Positions 27,801 to 41,500 of a stretch of DNA of 64,000 nucleotides are shown in pieces. The notes beneath the pieces were generated by a model, which worked only from the letters and a program-made list of their open reading frames with translations, did no database searches and was not told the DNA's origin. Source of the DNA: Raillietiella orientalis (lineage: Eukaryota); the NCBI GenBank assembly GCA_036172245.1, contig JAYWIR010000041.1:1116001-1180000 (forward strand), read 5' to 3'. Within the stretch, counting starts at the first letter, position 1. Each line of letters starts with the position of its first letter. A program made the position numbers and the translations under genes.

Positions 27801-28330
27801 TGCCTTCATGCTGCTGCCGCGCACAATTTCAACGTGGAGATGATGAGAGCATCCGGACACACACACACACACACAACAGCAGCAGCACGACTGATTCAAA
27901 TCACCCCACTTTGCAGCACGCGCGCGAACCGCGGACGCAGCATCACAGCACTCCACGCCAGGTTCATCTGAGGAAAGGATTCCACGCCGTGAGGGTTAGG
28001 CGGACGCGAGGGAGGCGCATGCGCGGCAGTGGTCGGTCACATTCCTGGCTGCTCGTGAAGTGGAGCGCCATCAGTGCCACTAGCGCGGCGGCGATTTCCG
28101 CTCGTGCGGGGACCCGCAGCCTGGGGGGAAGGTGCGCGCTCCCCCTCCCTCGACCGGGACGGATTCCTGGAGAGCCCGGAGCATCCTCCGTGCTTCGTCT
28201 GCCTCCCGGTCACGAGAACAGCACGCCGCGTTCACTTTTCCCGCAAACTCGCAAGGTTTGTAGATAAATGGAACGAGTCCACTTGTTTGTTTGGCCCGTG
28301 GTTCATAGGGCTGCCGAGCGCGCGGTGTTC
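27801..28330 (-). promoter_or_regulatory. Candidate PlexB core promoter and non-coding first exon
   Basis: CpG/GC-rich patch with GCGCATGCGC (NRF1/Ewg-type palindrome, 28015-28024), minus-strand initiator TCAGTC (27894-27889) and donor-like GCA|GTGAGC at 27801/27800. Coincides with the end of the strand-biased repeat domain. Confidence 0.35.
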
Positions 28331-28699
28331 ATGATGTACATAATAATGAAAAGGCGTCTTCACTTCTGAGCATGTGCATACGTTCACTTTTTATTTGGAG
28401 AGACAGATGATGGAAAGTAGATTGAAAGTCGATCGAAATGCTCACCGAGTCATCGCGATCCTTTTTCATGCTGTTCTTTTTTTTTTTTTTTCCTTCTTTT
28501 TTGGGCTTCAGACGTGCAGAAGAACTGTGCACGTAGGCAAAGGGTCTCAAAGAACGTAGGGCGCACGTAATCAAACAGAAAGAATGAAAAAGTCAGTTCC
28601 ACCATTCCTAACGGATGTCAGCCACAGAGTCGGTGACAAACCTGATGATCACGTACGTGCGGGTGCTCATCGGATGCGGTGGGACGCGACTCGGACTTG

Positions 28700-29360
28700 C
28701 AACAGATCGGTCGTCGGTCCTGCGGTGGGCGGGATTCGAGAACACTCTCCTCCGTTCCCTTGACGACAGCATCTTCCCATGAACATCAGGACGAAAGGAC
28801 AGCAAACAAATGAAAGAAACAGCAGCAGGCAGTGCCAATCAGGCGAGGGCGTCTGTAGTGGTCCGTGGACCCCGGTGGGACGCTACGCGGACTTGCAACA
28901 CATCGGTGACCTCGTTCCGGAAGCGACGATAGGGAATACTGGACAGTTCGTTCCGGACTCATCTTCGGTGTCCGTCGAAGAGGCGAAGCAGACTGGAACG
29001 CATCGGTTCGTGGAGCTCGAAGGCTCATTGCAAGAGCTGAGTGTCGAGGAGTCTGTCTCGATCCACCGGCTCCGACTTCGAGAAGACTGCGTGTGTAGGA
29101 AAAGTGACCATTTGCCGGAATCACTCGGCGAGATTCGCGAGAGCCCTGTGGGCTTGATTGGCTGCAGTCCAGCAGTTTCTTCTACTCCTGCTGAAACTCG
29201 CTCGGTCAGGCGCAACGCAGTGGCAGTCCAGCTAACCTCAAAGCCCTTTCGATACGTCCAATGACTTGAAACATTTTTCCATGATGTCTTGGGGTACGCT
29301 GGGCAGAGATTCGAAAGCGTTGAGAAGATTGGGGAATGCTGAAAGGGGTTGGGGAATTCC
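28700..29360 (-). mobile_element. Decayed CR1/L2-like LINE reverse transcriptase fragment
   Basis: Minus frame with stops reads EKCFKSLDVSKG then LAGLPLR (LD.SKA.G.DG.P-like), followed in order by TFP, VFSK, RGPRTTTDAL (GRST..AL-like) and DVHGKML. Confidence 0.5.
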
Positions 29361-30373
29361 GTTTCACAGGCCGAGCCACAATCCCACCCCAAGGATCAGT
29401 CACACAAAAAAGTCCGTAGCAAAAGCAAACATAGTATGCCTTATAAGCCATCAGCTATTCCGCGGCTCTTCAGCGGATGTATGAATGGCGCTGTTGCACG
29501 AGTTCTTTGCGAAAGTGGCAGAATGAAATTTGGCCGAGTGGGGCTGGCTGGAAGAGGAATTGATTTCAGAGGTTCCCTTACGACCTGGAAGGATTCCGTA
29601 ACATCGCTGGAGGCCTGCGATTTGCATCACAAGACTCCTGAGTGCTTTGTCCCGGAAAGCGGCGCTTGAAATTCCGGTAATTAATCTTTGAAAAACCAGC
29701 GACGAGAATGCTACAAATGGAGACATTGATAGATGCAAGAGAATTTGATTTGGGTTTGCTTGTTTTGCAGGATCCTCTGGAAACACGAAGTACAAGCAGC
29801 ACTCGTGATTTTTCTTCTTGTGGAGATTTCATCCTGTCGGATTCTTAGCTCAGGACACATTAATGAAACGCCCTCTAAACTTTTTCTTCGCTTACTCCAA
29901 CGACGAGAAGAGTGCATGCTGTACCTTCTCATAGGTCAATTTTTTCCCTAATATACTGACTGTACTGTACGAAACAAATAATCGTCTCGAGAGGTGGAAT
30001 CCAATGATCCTTCCTGCCTGGACCGGAACGCCCCTCAAACAAAAAGGCAGCAAAACTGCAATGATGTATTGGTAAATGATCAGACCAGATGTAACGAAGT
30101 GGTCACCCCTTTCCTGCTGATGGCAGGGCGGATGGAGAAAAAAGCGAAAGAATCTCCGTCGTTGCCCTAGCAGCCACGGGGCAGTCAGCTCCCACCTTTC
30201 TTTAACGGTGTCTCACACCTTTGTGAACTCAGTTCCTCTTGTGAAAGAAGCCTCAATCAGGTCCTCTTGTGAATGCTCGTTGTGAAACTTTTACATCGGA
30301 TGCTTTGGATTTTGTTTTCTGTTTTCTTAATTGCTGAAAGATTGCTGCAGCTGACGAGAGAAAAGTGCGAGTA

Positions 30374-30405
<32 letters not shown>

Positions 30406-33229
30406 AGAAGTCTCAATATATATATACAGAATTGTGATCCTTAGAAGGATCAACGAGGCTGCTTCTGCGAAAAATGCATGAATTCGGAATCTGCTCCTAT
30501 GATTAGCATTATAATCAAATCTGCAAGTAATTTATGGGCACCCTGACGTAAACATAGGCAGCAGTAATTATGTCAATTCATCATTCGAAATGCGATCCAA
30601 AGTCCTGAGTTTACGCAAACCTTATGACAAACTGTCCGTTGAGACTCTCTCCAAGACGACAGGATGTTCTTGTTTTATGATAGCAAATTAGCTACCATGT
30701 TATTTTTCCAAATCAAACAGATCAGTACCAGCTCCGGCGACACATGTGCTTTTTCTTTTTCTTTCCTTTTTTTTTTTTTTTTTTTCCTTTTTTCTTTCTC
30801 TTGACTTCTCCACGAGTGGAACAGTTTCCCACGCCTTTTGCATAAATTTTGAATTTCTGAAAGCATGTTTTGAAACGATCTCTGGTGAGAGGGCGTTGGG
30901 ATGAGAATGCATTCGGTCAGACGAGTTAATTCGCCGCGAATTTTTTTTTGTTTTGTTTTTTGTTTGTGTGTGTGTGTGTGTTCAAATTCAAATTCCATAC
31001 GTAAACAGAACTTCTTGTTTCAGAGGCTGCGGAATCTCTTACTGCATACGAGACGTTGTTTTGGATGCTGCTGAAGGAAACTTCCGAGCTCTTGCTGTTG
31101 CTTAGGTTGCCGGACTGCAGGGACCACGGAGACGATGGACAAACAGCGCTTGGATCGAGAACTCGGTTGCCACGTGAAAATTATTGTCATTAGCAGAGGA
31201 AGCATCGAAACGCAAGAGGTTGGGAGTTGCCATGGAACCGAGCCCGATGTGCGCGTTTCGCGGGAAACTTTGCCACCAGGCCGAATGGCCAGTAACTCGA
31301 CACGATCACGTGCTTGACTGGATTGGAGTGTCTTTTTCCGAATCGAGATCCACCATCAGTGTTGATTAATTTTTTTTCTCTCCTCTTCCCTCTTCCTTTT
31401 TTTTTTTTTTTGGTTTCTTTCGGCTTCTCATCTCCCTGGATGGAAAAATTCATTCTCCGCGCGGAATCAATTTGCGGTACCGGGACTCATTCGAAGAATT
31501 TGGAAATTGCTGCAGCCGAAGAAAATTATCCTGCAAGGCGGAACACACAAGATTGGCAATCCGAGCTCACGGTCACTGCCTTGGAAGAAGTACTTGTGAT
31601 TGCGTTCTCTGCGTGGGGTAATTAAGAAGGCGAGAGCGAATGTCCTGCCTTTCCCATCATCGTTTCCGATGTGAAGGCTTTTCACCCCTTCTGAGTGGGG
31701 ACGTCCCTGATTACTCCCACGTCCTACAGCAACGGCATTAGGCAAAGACAATTCCTCACGCTTAGCCGCGAGTGTGCAGCACAACAGCCAGGTGACTGCA
31801 CCCGAGAGATCGAGCGAACTGCGTCTTCCCCGGCCTTGGGAAGAGGGGAGGGAGGGAGAGGAAAGGGGTGCGAAGCATCCGTGTTCATTTTCGTTCGGCA
31901 TTTTTGTTGCCTCGCCTCTGTCCTCGATCCCTCGAAGCCTCTCCTCATAAGCAGGCGACTTTTTTCCCTTTTCCGCGGCTTCCGTTCCAAGTTCGCGACT
32001 TGAGGCTGCTTCTCAGCAGCCTCCGCACCGCCCCTTTTTCTTGCATCCCGGCGCAGCCATGCTCTTGCTGCGCTGATTGCTTCGCTTTCCGTTTGCGGAC
32101 TTCGGACTCGTTTATTTTGGCGATCACTCCCGAGAGGGTTGCTTTGTTTCCAGTCCGTCTTCGAGTCGGCAAGTCGTTCTTCACTTTGCGGCTGTTTCCG
32201 TCATCCTCTGCTCCAGCGGGTTGAAAGCGGCAGACATTTCTTTTCTCTCTCTATCTCTCTCTCTCTCTCCCCCTGAAAGGTTCTGAGAAGCTGTCGGGAG
32301 AATGTGTGAACCTCACAGCTAAGGAGGACACACCTTCGGCTCCACCAGCTGGAAGAAGCATTCACGATTCCTGTCGTCACTTTTCAACTTCACCAAGGAC
32401 TGATGATGCTCGGGAGAGGTGGGTCACTTTGATCTCAACCAGAAGGCCGAGGAGCGCGCAGCAGAGCGAGCGAGTTGCACTCGTTGCATCCGGGGGGAAC
32501 CCAGGAGAGCTCCCGGGAAAAGCGGGAAAGCTCAAAGCAGGCTTTTCGGGGGGACTGGAGAAGCGCGCTGGATGAGACACCTGCTAAGACTCGGGAAAAG
32601 TGCTCCAGTTCTTTGCGGCGTCTCATTTGTGCACAAGTCATAAAATCGGGTGCATCAGCGAAGATGGCGAAAACTTGCTCCAATGCATTCCGTGTTGGGA
32701 ATTAATGACGATCTGCTACGACCCCGTGAAAGCCGTGGAGAATCAACAACGGAAAAATCGCGTTGGGTGAGAGTAAATACGACGTGTGAGAAATTAAATT
32801 AACGGAAACGAACGAAGTGGCTCGAAGGCAGCGATCCATTTGGCTTCAGTTCGCTCCGTTGTCCACTTTTAGTCGCCTTGTAGTAGCAATAGTAGAAAAG
32901 GACAGATCCTCCAACGATAAATGTTCCCATTTTCTGGCTCAACTAATGAGCGACGCTTTCTTCCTTTCTTGTTTTTGTTTTTGATCTGCACACAAACGAT
33001 GCATGATCGAAGATTTCAAGATCCGTTACTGCATCTACTTTGCATGTGTTGTGCTTTAATTCGGATCGGAGACAGACAGGCTATACCACTGCAGCCCACT
33101 GTTACTTCAAGGGAACTGAAGGGCTGCTTGATGCCGTCGAAGTTCCTTGGGACTCGGGAAGATTCGTAGGGGACGATTGAGAACAAAAGTCGAACCGCAC
33201 ACCGAAGAGCGCGAAAACGAGCACCTCTT

Positions 33230-33420
33230 TTGGCAGCACCAATCGAGGCTGCCGCCATGTTTCCTGTCTCCCACTTCTTGCAGGAAGCATCGCCACTCGG
33301 AACAATCGACACATCTGCTGTCGATTTGCAAAGTCCACAATCGAGTTTCCGTCCGGGGAGGAAGTGAGCATTCACCGTTTCCCTACATATCCTTTCGGCC
33401 CATCGATGTCACCCCACCCT
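33230..33420 (-). mobile_element. Possible LINE ORF1 zinc-knuckle remnant
   Basis: IVDFANRQQMCRL resembles the V.Y.GQP..C..C entry to L1/Tx1 ORF1 knuckles. Weak. Confidence 0.25.
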
Positions 33421-35619
33421 GACTTCTGGCTAGGAAATTCGCTCCTCTCCCCCTCGGAATCGGTCACTGTGGAACCTTCGAACCACGTCCCACTTCGCGC
33501 AGGCACCCGCTGAAACCGGTAATCTTCGTTTACAGGCTAGTTCGGCCCCACGACGTGAAGCACTCCCGATCCTCGAAGCCGGCCGCGTTTCCAGGAGACG
33601 CTCTCGTCGGGTGAGCAGGTCGCACGGGGATGGCTGCAGAGTCCGACAAGGAACAAAGGGGCGAGGGATCCCGTCGGAGGAAGAAGAGGGAGCAATGCCG
33701 TTCCCTTGCGGACAAACGTCGCCGAAAAGCGAACCATCCGCCGTGCGAGCAGCAGCGTTGCCTGGATGGAGACTCCCTGGTTTTCTGGACGTGTGCGAGT
33801 GGATTCCATCCGGGCTGGGGACACCCCAGCCAGGAGACACTGCACTGCAAGCGTCGAAGGAGTCTCAGAGAGACTGGAACCTGACTGCGAAGGGGGGTCG
33901 TCTAGCGGTGCGAGTCACTCCAGGGTTGAAGCCACGCAGGAAGCTGCGAGTCGGGGGAAGAACCTCAAACAAGGGCGCTCAGTTCCCACATGAAGACACG
34001 TGTCCCAAGAACACGAATCTTGCGAGTCCGACTCGGAACAGACCCGCCTTCTGTCGTATCCTCCCTTTCCGGCATCCTCCTCCTCAAGAAACGGAATTGT
34101 CCCAACTATGCGAGGCGTTTCCTATGCAAACCTGGTTAGCACGCCTGACTGGTACATGGGAGCAGCTTGTGATCATTCTTAATGAAGAACCCGGTCGGAG
34201 CGTGAGTACCGTTCCGAGTTCATTCGGAGATTATTCATCGGGAAAAGGACGGAGGGTAGGTTCCTCTTTGGACATACATTTTGCGATCGAAGTCCCCAGA
34301 CCTTCCTCCTGATCCTCCGAGAGGATCACGAAGCTGGGTGCCAAGGACGCGAGTTGGCTCATTCAACCTGCACCAGCGCTCAGAGAGATGCTTCGAATTC
34401 CCTCGCTCACGAAGCTCCTCTGGCCAGCCATCGGCGGTCTTGTAGCACTGGTTTTCGCAATGAAGATGCTTCAAGTTTTTATCCTTTGCTCTTTTCTTAG
34501 GGAAAAAGAAAACTGGTTCTTCACAAACGCGCCGCTTTTTCTGGAGCAAAATACGGTGCCCCCTGCAACGAAATCTCAAATCCGGCCCTCCGAGAGGTGG
34601 TGGTTCGTTTCGTCGAGATTCACTTTCGTACGATGGAGGACTCTCGACCTGGAAGATTTCGGAGATCCAAGAGCGTGCCTACCACATTGCCGGATTTCAA
34701 AGTCAAAAACAAAATAAGATGAAAAGAGGCATGCAGCCCATTTCTGCTCTCCGACAGCACCCATGATCCAATCTTGTACTCTCTTTAAAGTACCAAGAAA
34801 GGATACGACTCATCTTCTCTTCTGGGTTGAAGAGTTGATTCTGAATGCAAGGGACGAGACGAACTACTAACAGCATCCAAGCAAGCAGAGGAAGGGAACA
34901 AGAAAAGAGATCAGAGTCGCAACGTACCAGCCGGCATTACTTGAGTGTTGCAAGAAAAGGCGGGAGATAAGAAACGTGGAAGATTGCAGTCCAAAGAGTG
35001 ATGGGGCTCGCCATGAAAACCGAGATCTCTCATACTCTCTTATTAATTTTCTTACCTTATTTTTCAAGTGTAACTTGTGCACCATCGTCTTCGTCGTCGT
35101 CATAATCATTATCATGCCATTACCTTTGTTACTGTTCCCCCCTGCATCTTCAGGTTGTTTTTCAAGAACCTTGGCTTGTTCCTTCATGAGCAGCCACTTC
35201 CAAGTTTCCCCCGTAACTCTCCTCTTCATCGAGGAAGGCCTCTGCGAAGGGCGAACGCATCCACAAGCGCTGCTGCGATGGTCCTTGCAGGACTTGAGAG
35301 AATTTCGTGGAAAGGGAAAGCCCGCAGTGCCGGATCCTCCGAAAAACTGGAGACGCCTATACTTTTGCCGCCGCGTTTTTCACGGAGCACGCAAGGAGGG
35401 TCCAAAAAGCCATTGATGGCAATTTGTCCTTTCCCTGTACGAACTGCCAGTGGATCAACTGCTTGGGGATGGATGGTCGCATCGCACTTGGGACCGACTC
35501 AGCGGAGACCAACTGACAATCAAACTGGGATTTTCCATGGAAGGAGGAGCAGCCGAGTCGCCGCGCCTTTCGGGTGGCGGCGGACACTGGGCGAGAGTCC
35601 TTACAGCTGAAGGTTCATA

Positions 35620-35800
35620 AAATGTCTTGCACTACCCTAGGAGTAGAGCCGGGAGGCCTACGCAAGGCGAGCGTCGGTTCGACCAGCGTGGAGCAAGGGT
35701 CAAGAGATGCCCAAGCATCTCTTGAGCGACTGTGGAGGTCGGCTTGAGGATTCGGAGCGCCTTACGCCCCTGGAAAGCTTCCCGTGTCGAGGAAACAAAC
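35620..35800 (+). mobile_element. LINE ORF2 C-terminal zinc-finger remnant
   Basis: EMPKHLLSDC at 35704-35733 matches the E...HLL..C half of the LINE C-terminal CCHC. Confidence 0.4.
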
Positions 35801-36149
35801 AAATGCAGGCGCAAGACCTGTGTTTGGTGATCCATTCAAGGCTCGCACGGTAACGGATACCCCAGCAGAGTCTTTCGAGGCGTGACCGGAATCTGTATGG
35901 CAACATGGGAACACATTTCTGATTTCAAAAAGGGAAAGGAAAATGCAGAGTGAGAGATGAAAGGATGAAAGTGATCACTTGTGCTGCTGCAGTTTCTCCG
36001 GAGGGCGCGGGGAATTCACCTCTGGGAGATTGGAACGAAATTAGGACACGGAATATGAATATGAAAATGCGCTGAAAATGAAATGTTTTGCGAGCACGTC
36101 AGTGAATCAAATAAGCAATTCCTTTTCTTCTTTCTTTCTTGCTGTTTTT

Positions 36150-36500
36150 TTCGTCCTTGAGAATTGAAACGAAACGAGGATTTCACTGTAATAAAATGCA
36201 ATTTCAAGCGGAGACGCTCCTCAAGCAGTGCTCCTCATCTTCTGAAAATTCAAAAATAAATAGGAATGGATTATCTCGAACTCACGAATCGGCGAGGGCT
36301 GCTATCAGTGCTGCAGTGGATCGAACGGCCGTTATCCAATTTCCAGGATGAGGTCAACTGTACTTGGTCGGACTCCTTAAAGGAGTCAGGGCTCCTTCAA
36401 GGAATTTGGAATCCTTCAAGGGACCCTGAGAGAGAAATGTTCCTCTACGAAAGAGATCGCTCGCGTATCAGCCATAGCGACTCCCTGCGAACGAGCACCT
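36150..36500 (+). mobile_element. CR1/L2-like LINE RT C-terminal remnant
   Basis: FHCNKMQFQAET (W...N.M.FN..K-like) followed in other frames by LSNFQDEVN...KESGLL and FLYERDRSRI. Confidence 0.3.
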
Positions 36501-38399
36501 GACTTTTCAGTAAGCACAGCGTTTGCATTCAGCAGACGAGCGGTACTTCCTCTCGGAAGAAGCGCGGAGATGGAAGGTTTTTGTCGGGGTGTGGCATTTA
36601 AAAGAAATTCCAAGAAACGCTCGAGAAGGAGGGGGGGGGGGACTCTTGCAAATCTTTTGCAGGTTGACTGGGCTGAATTGAGGGATTCACGCGTGTTAGG
36701 ACGATGGACACACTGCGCGAACACTCGGCGACTGCGGAGGCGCTGCCATGCTGTGTTCGCCAGGCTGTGTATCAGGCCGATGAGAAGATTCCTACCTCGT
36801 TGTTTCCACAGCACTCGACGGAGAAACAGAGCAAGACAAGCATTTCGTCATTTCTCTGCTAGGTGACGGAGGGCCCCTTGATGAAGCCATCTTCAGTGGA
36901 AAGAATTCCCTCTGAAAGGGGGGTGCAGAGACACCTCCTTATTTTCTAGTTGATGCTTCTAATCTGTGGAAGAGGCTAAGCCACGTCAGTGGTTGCCAAC
37001 ACAAAGCACACGAGATCCAGGAAATTCCTCTTCCTCGCACCCTTCCATTCATGTGATTACTTATGTAATATATGTTGCTCGAAGCTTTCCTGGAACCCCA
37101 GGGTGGAATCTACACGTATGTGCAGCATACACAAACACGGAATGGGACTTGCAATCTACTGGGACAAAGCGACCCTGAGAGAGAAGTCCTTAGGAAGTGC
37201 CTTATCGCTTCCCAAGATCTGCAAATGAACCCGATCCTGTCTGTCCTTCACCTTTAGGAATTCAGGGAGTCGTTCGGGGAAACGTGCTTGGATTTATGCG
37301 AAAAGTTCATCCCTCTATTCTAAATGAGTTCCATACTCCATTGCGTCTGGCATTCTTTTGGATCCGTGCTCTTTCAAAAGTCGAAGTTTATTGAACTGGT
37401 CCCAACTATCCAACCATCACGGAGAAAATGCTGGGGAGCCTCTCTTCCTAAAGGAAGACTGTCGCCAGCAAGGTTGGCTACAGACAGTCGACATCTCGTG
37501 AACTCGTTGTCTCCGCTCGCGGTGTCTCAGCGCGCCGATTCTAAAAATACGCAACTGAAAAAAATGAAAAGTCCAATCACATTTAACGGTCCAGAAGAAT
37601 GATGAAATGTCTTGCGAGTGTTTTGATGTGAAGAATGATCTTACATTCGTCTTGCAGACACCCTCGAGGAAATCACGTGCCTGGCTGCTTCAGAAGATGT
37701 GAAAATGACCGCGGATGACTTTAGATGACCATGCACGAGAACAGAAGCTTCTCGCAGCATCACCGCTCAGGTTAACAGAAAGAGCTGATGCTCACAAAGC
37801 TGCTGGAAATGGCAATGCTGAAACCCACGCCTAATTGACCAAGGAATTGCGCATAGGAAGAAGACGTTTCTAGAATTAGAAAGTTGATCCGCTCTGCTCA
37901 AAACTCATGACCACCCCCCCACGTAATGAAATGGGTTCCTTCAGGAGGGACAGCCGGAAACACCGTCATCTGGGGAACAAAAAGCCATTCTTCTCGAGGG
38001 ATGTTTTCAAAGTGTCGCCCTCCGTGACGCAAAAGCATGCAGAACTTCCAAACACAGCAGTCGGATGCCATCTGTCGGTTGCCACGATACGGAAATCTCC
38101 CTAAACCAAGGCTTGTTACCTACGGAGCCATGGAAATTGCGAGTGAACTGATCCCTGGAGATTTACCCTAAAATCTTCTAAACGAGGCGGATGGAACATC
38201 TTCTATGCATCCAACCACAAAATTCTGATAAAACTTTACTGACGTCTCGATCCGGTTATCAAGGAAACTGCCATCTTCAATTCCCTTCCTGTATCAAGAA
38301 TCCCATAGCTGGCTACCGGATGTCGAGTGTGTACAATATATGTGTACAATTCAGTAGTGCAGATGATTGTAGCGTTTCTGTGAAGAATCCGAGCGCGAT

Positions 38400-41300
38400 C
38401 CAAGCGATCCCAGAGGCGGCAGATGCCGTCTCCACGCCAGCGCTCCGCGGCGCGCGCGCGCTCGAGGGGGAGTCGCTTGCAAGGAAGCGGAACAACCGTT
38501 CCTCGCCCCACCCACCCATCCACCCGCCCCATCGTCTCCCTCTTCTTCTCGGAAGGAAGCGCCTGCCTCCTGCTGCTCGCCTTCATCCCCAACATCCGAC
38601 GGGCTCCCGCTCCAGCCGTCCCGTAGAGAGACGCGCCCTCGGGCGGCGTGCACCGCCCACGAGGGTTCACCGACGACCCCTCCCGCGTCGTGCCCGGGCG
38701 ACGGACGAAAGCGCGCAGCGGTCCGCCCCTTCTGGCACCGGCCTGCTGGGAGACTCGCACCCGCTCTTCTTCTGAAGACCCGCCGCCGGCGGCTACGGGG
38801 AACCCCGAGCAGGTGCCCTCGGGGTAGCACCCGCCCGCCCTCACCTCGGGGAACGCCCGCACCTTCCCCTGGGCGGTGCACACCTCACCATCGTGCCGTG
38901 GCGTCCCCACACCTTCGAGACCGGCTGCAGACGTGGGAGCCCCCCGCCTCTCCCGGAAAGGCGCCTCCCCACCCCTCCCCACACGACCGCGTACCGAACG
39001 AACATTCCAGGAAGAAGACCTTCTTTTTCCCTTCCGGAAAAAGGACACACCGGAAACACCCGCCCCACCCGAGGCGTCTGCACACTGACGCTCTCCCTAA
39101 GCAGCGCAAATTTCACCCGAGACTTTTGCTTTCGTTCGCAGACTTCCCTCCTTTCCGTGCGTTGCCGGGGAAATCCCGGAAAGCCAGCATTGCAACGCAC
39201 CGTCTCGGTGCCCCGCGTCGCTACGCATCGCAGCACGATGCTGGCTGCACGATGGCAGAGCCACTCGTCGGGAAAAGACAAGGAAAAAAAAAAAGGAGGT
39301 CGCCCACCGTGAAAGAAGTGTCTCCTCCCCCTTCTGCTACGGCGCTTGCCCAAGGATGGGCGGGGAGACGACGACGCGACCACCGTCCTCCACCGCCAGT
39401 CCGGCCCCTTCCCTCCCTTCACCCGCTCCGCACGCGCTGTCGTGCACCCCCGAGCACTCAGAGACACGTTCCTGCCGACACGACGACGCACCTCACTGTG
39501 GGCGCGAGGAAACGAGCCCTGCGACCACCTCCGTCCGAAGACTCAGCCGCGCCGCGCACGGCGGAAGGAGCTACCGGACGCGCCGCCGGAACCGCGCCTG
39601 GCGCCCACGACCGAAGCATCAGCTGGCCGTCGGGCCAGCAAAAAGAGCGGGAGCGCCATTCGAGGCTGGCGGCCGCGGAACGCGAAGCTGCGTGCGGACA
39701 CGCACCCCGCCGGAGGAGAGAAGCGGCCCGCAGGAGCGTTTCGGGTAGCTTGAGGTCGCGGTCAGGAAGCAACCTCCTGCCTACGGAGAGGGACATCCCG
39801 CCACGTGGAAGCGGAGCCCTGGAAGCGCGTTGACGGACCCCACATGAGCGACCAGATGGGCACGCCTGGAGAGCACCCGGGCAGGAGGCCGGGAGCGCTG
39901 CCGATGGGCTCGGACCGTGGAACAAAAGCGGACCTGCCACCTCATCGCTCTTCCCGCCCGTTCTCGGACTTCCCCAATTGCAACGAATGGACTGCCGATC
40001 CGGGAGAAGGGGCAACGGGAGTCCGCCACCGAGGACCTGCCCTCGCGTCCCCGAAAGAGGGCATCTGCCCGTGGGCAAGTTCGCTTCTCGCCTGGAAACC
40101 CTCCCAGAGGGCCGCTCCACGCATCCCTTCTTCCGCTTCCGCTCAAAAAGCGATGAGGGGGGCGTGGGCAGCAGCCACATCCGGCCCGCAAGGGACGCGG
40201 ATGGGAGGAGGCGAACGCATCCACTAGCCGTGCCCATCCTGCCCGCTGCAGCCCCTCCCACAAACGACGGGCCGCTCCCACCCGCAAGCCGGCGGGATCC
40301 AGCACCCGGGAGCCCGGTTACTCCCGAGATGCGCGAAGTCCCGGCAGGAAGAGTCAGCGCAGGGAAGCACGGGGCTCCCAGCGTTGCGGAGGAACAGCCA
40401 CCCCACCCGGGAGGACCCATCGCCCGAAGTAAAATTCCCCACTGCGGATATCAGCGTCAGGCCGCATTCCCGTGGGAAGGACGCCAGGCGGACTCTGGCT
40501 ATGGGCACGCCTCCCGGTCGCCTTCGCATGCGAGCGAGTGAGGCCCCCGACTCGGGGTCGCCTCACGAGGAAGGACACGGTCGCATCGTAGCGCCACCGT
40601 TGAGAGCTGCGCCAAAGCTCCCCACACCGGCACGGTACCCCGAGGCGAGCCCCACCTGAGGAAGGCAGCGCCGACCGTCCATTGCGTGCGCCTTCAATCC
40701 GCGGTCCCCGAACCCCCCTCGAACGCGCACCCGCTACCGTCCTCCGAGGGTTCCCTCTTTTCCGCCGTCACGCTGGGAAGGGCCTTCCCGGAGAGCGAAA
40801 CGGTCGAGGGAAGCTGCCCGCTTCAGCCCGGCGGACGGAGCGCGAATGACCAAGTGGTCTTCGTGGGTCCGCCACCATCCGGAAGACCACAGTCGGGCGG
40901 GGGAGCTGTCAGGTCGAGCGGTAGCAATGACCACCAGTCGGCTCGACCCTTCGCCTCGCGTGCTGGGCGCGCGTCCTGTCAGAGGAACCTCCGTGACGCG
41001 TCCCGAGCGCCTCTTGCCAGTGGGGAGACCATCAGCACGACCATCGACACACGGGTCGTCGGTGGGGATCGCCGTCGAGCAGGACATGTGGGGGAAGGAG
41101 AGGAGGGACTTGGCGACCTCGATGGAGTCGGTCGATCCAAAAGGTGGACTGGACTCGTCGGCCATGCCCCACGGCGACGGAGGAGCGGCGAACCTGAGCG
41201 TGTGCCGGCTGCACGAGCGCCCGGCAGTGGCTGAAGACGGGCGAGCCGGAAAAAGGAGAGAGATGGGCGCAGAGTTTGGCCTGCGCGAGGGCGCCCCCGC

Positions 41301-41500
41301 AGCGGTAGGCACGTTGCCTGCGGCGCGCTTGGGGACCTCGGGCGGGCCGGAGAAGGACGTGGTGACGAGAGAACTGGGAATGCCGCAGGCGGACGAGCAC
41401 ATCGGGGGAGAGAGGGGGGGGAGCAAGAGGTGGTGGTCCGGTCCATCCAGCCTTCCGGGGATGAGCACTGGAAACGTCGCCTCCCATCACGAAGGAGCCT
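38400..41500 (-). mobile_element. GC-rich decayed L1/Tx1-like LINE (ORF1, endonuclease, start of RT)
   Basis: Sharp GC-rich block with motifs in correct minus-strand order: LLPPHVLLDG...PVCRW.C (ORF1 knuckle entry, near 41050-41110), GR...L*VLGVH and GGD (APE endonuclease-like, 39320-39540), RSAGV/DGI (K.PG.DG-like, 38420-38450). Confidence 0.5.

Noticed and set aside
32100..32190. TGNKATL resembling a SAP domain
   Set aside because: The rest of the SAP pattern is missing. It may be a gag relic but I cannot support that.
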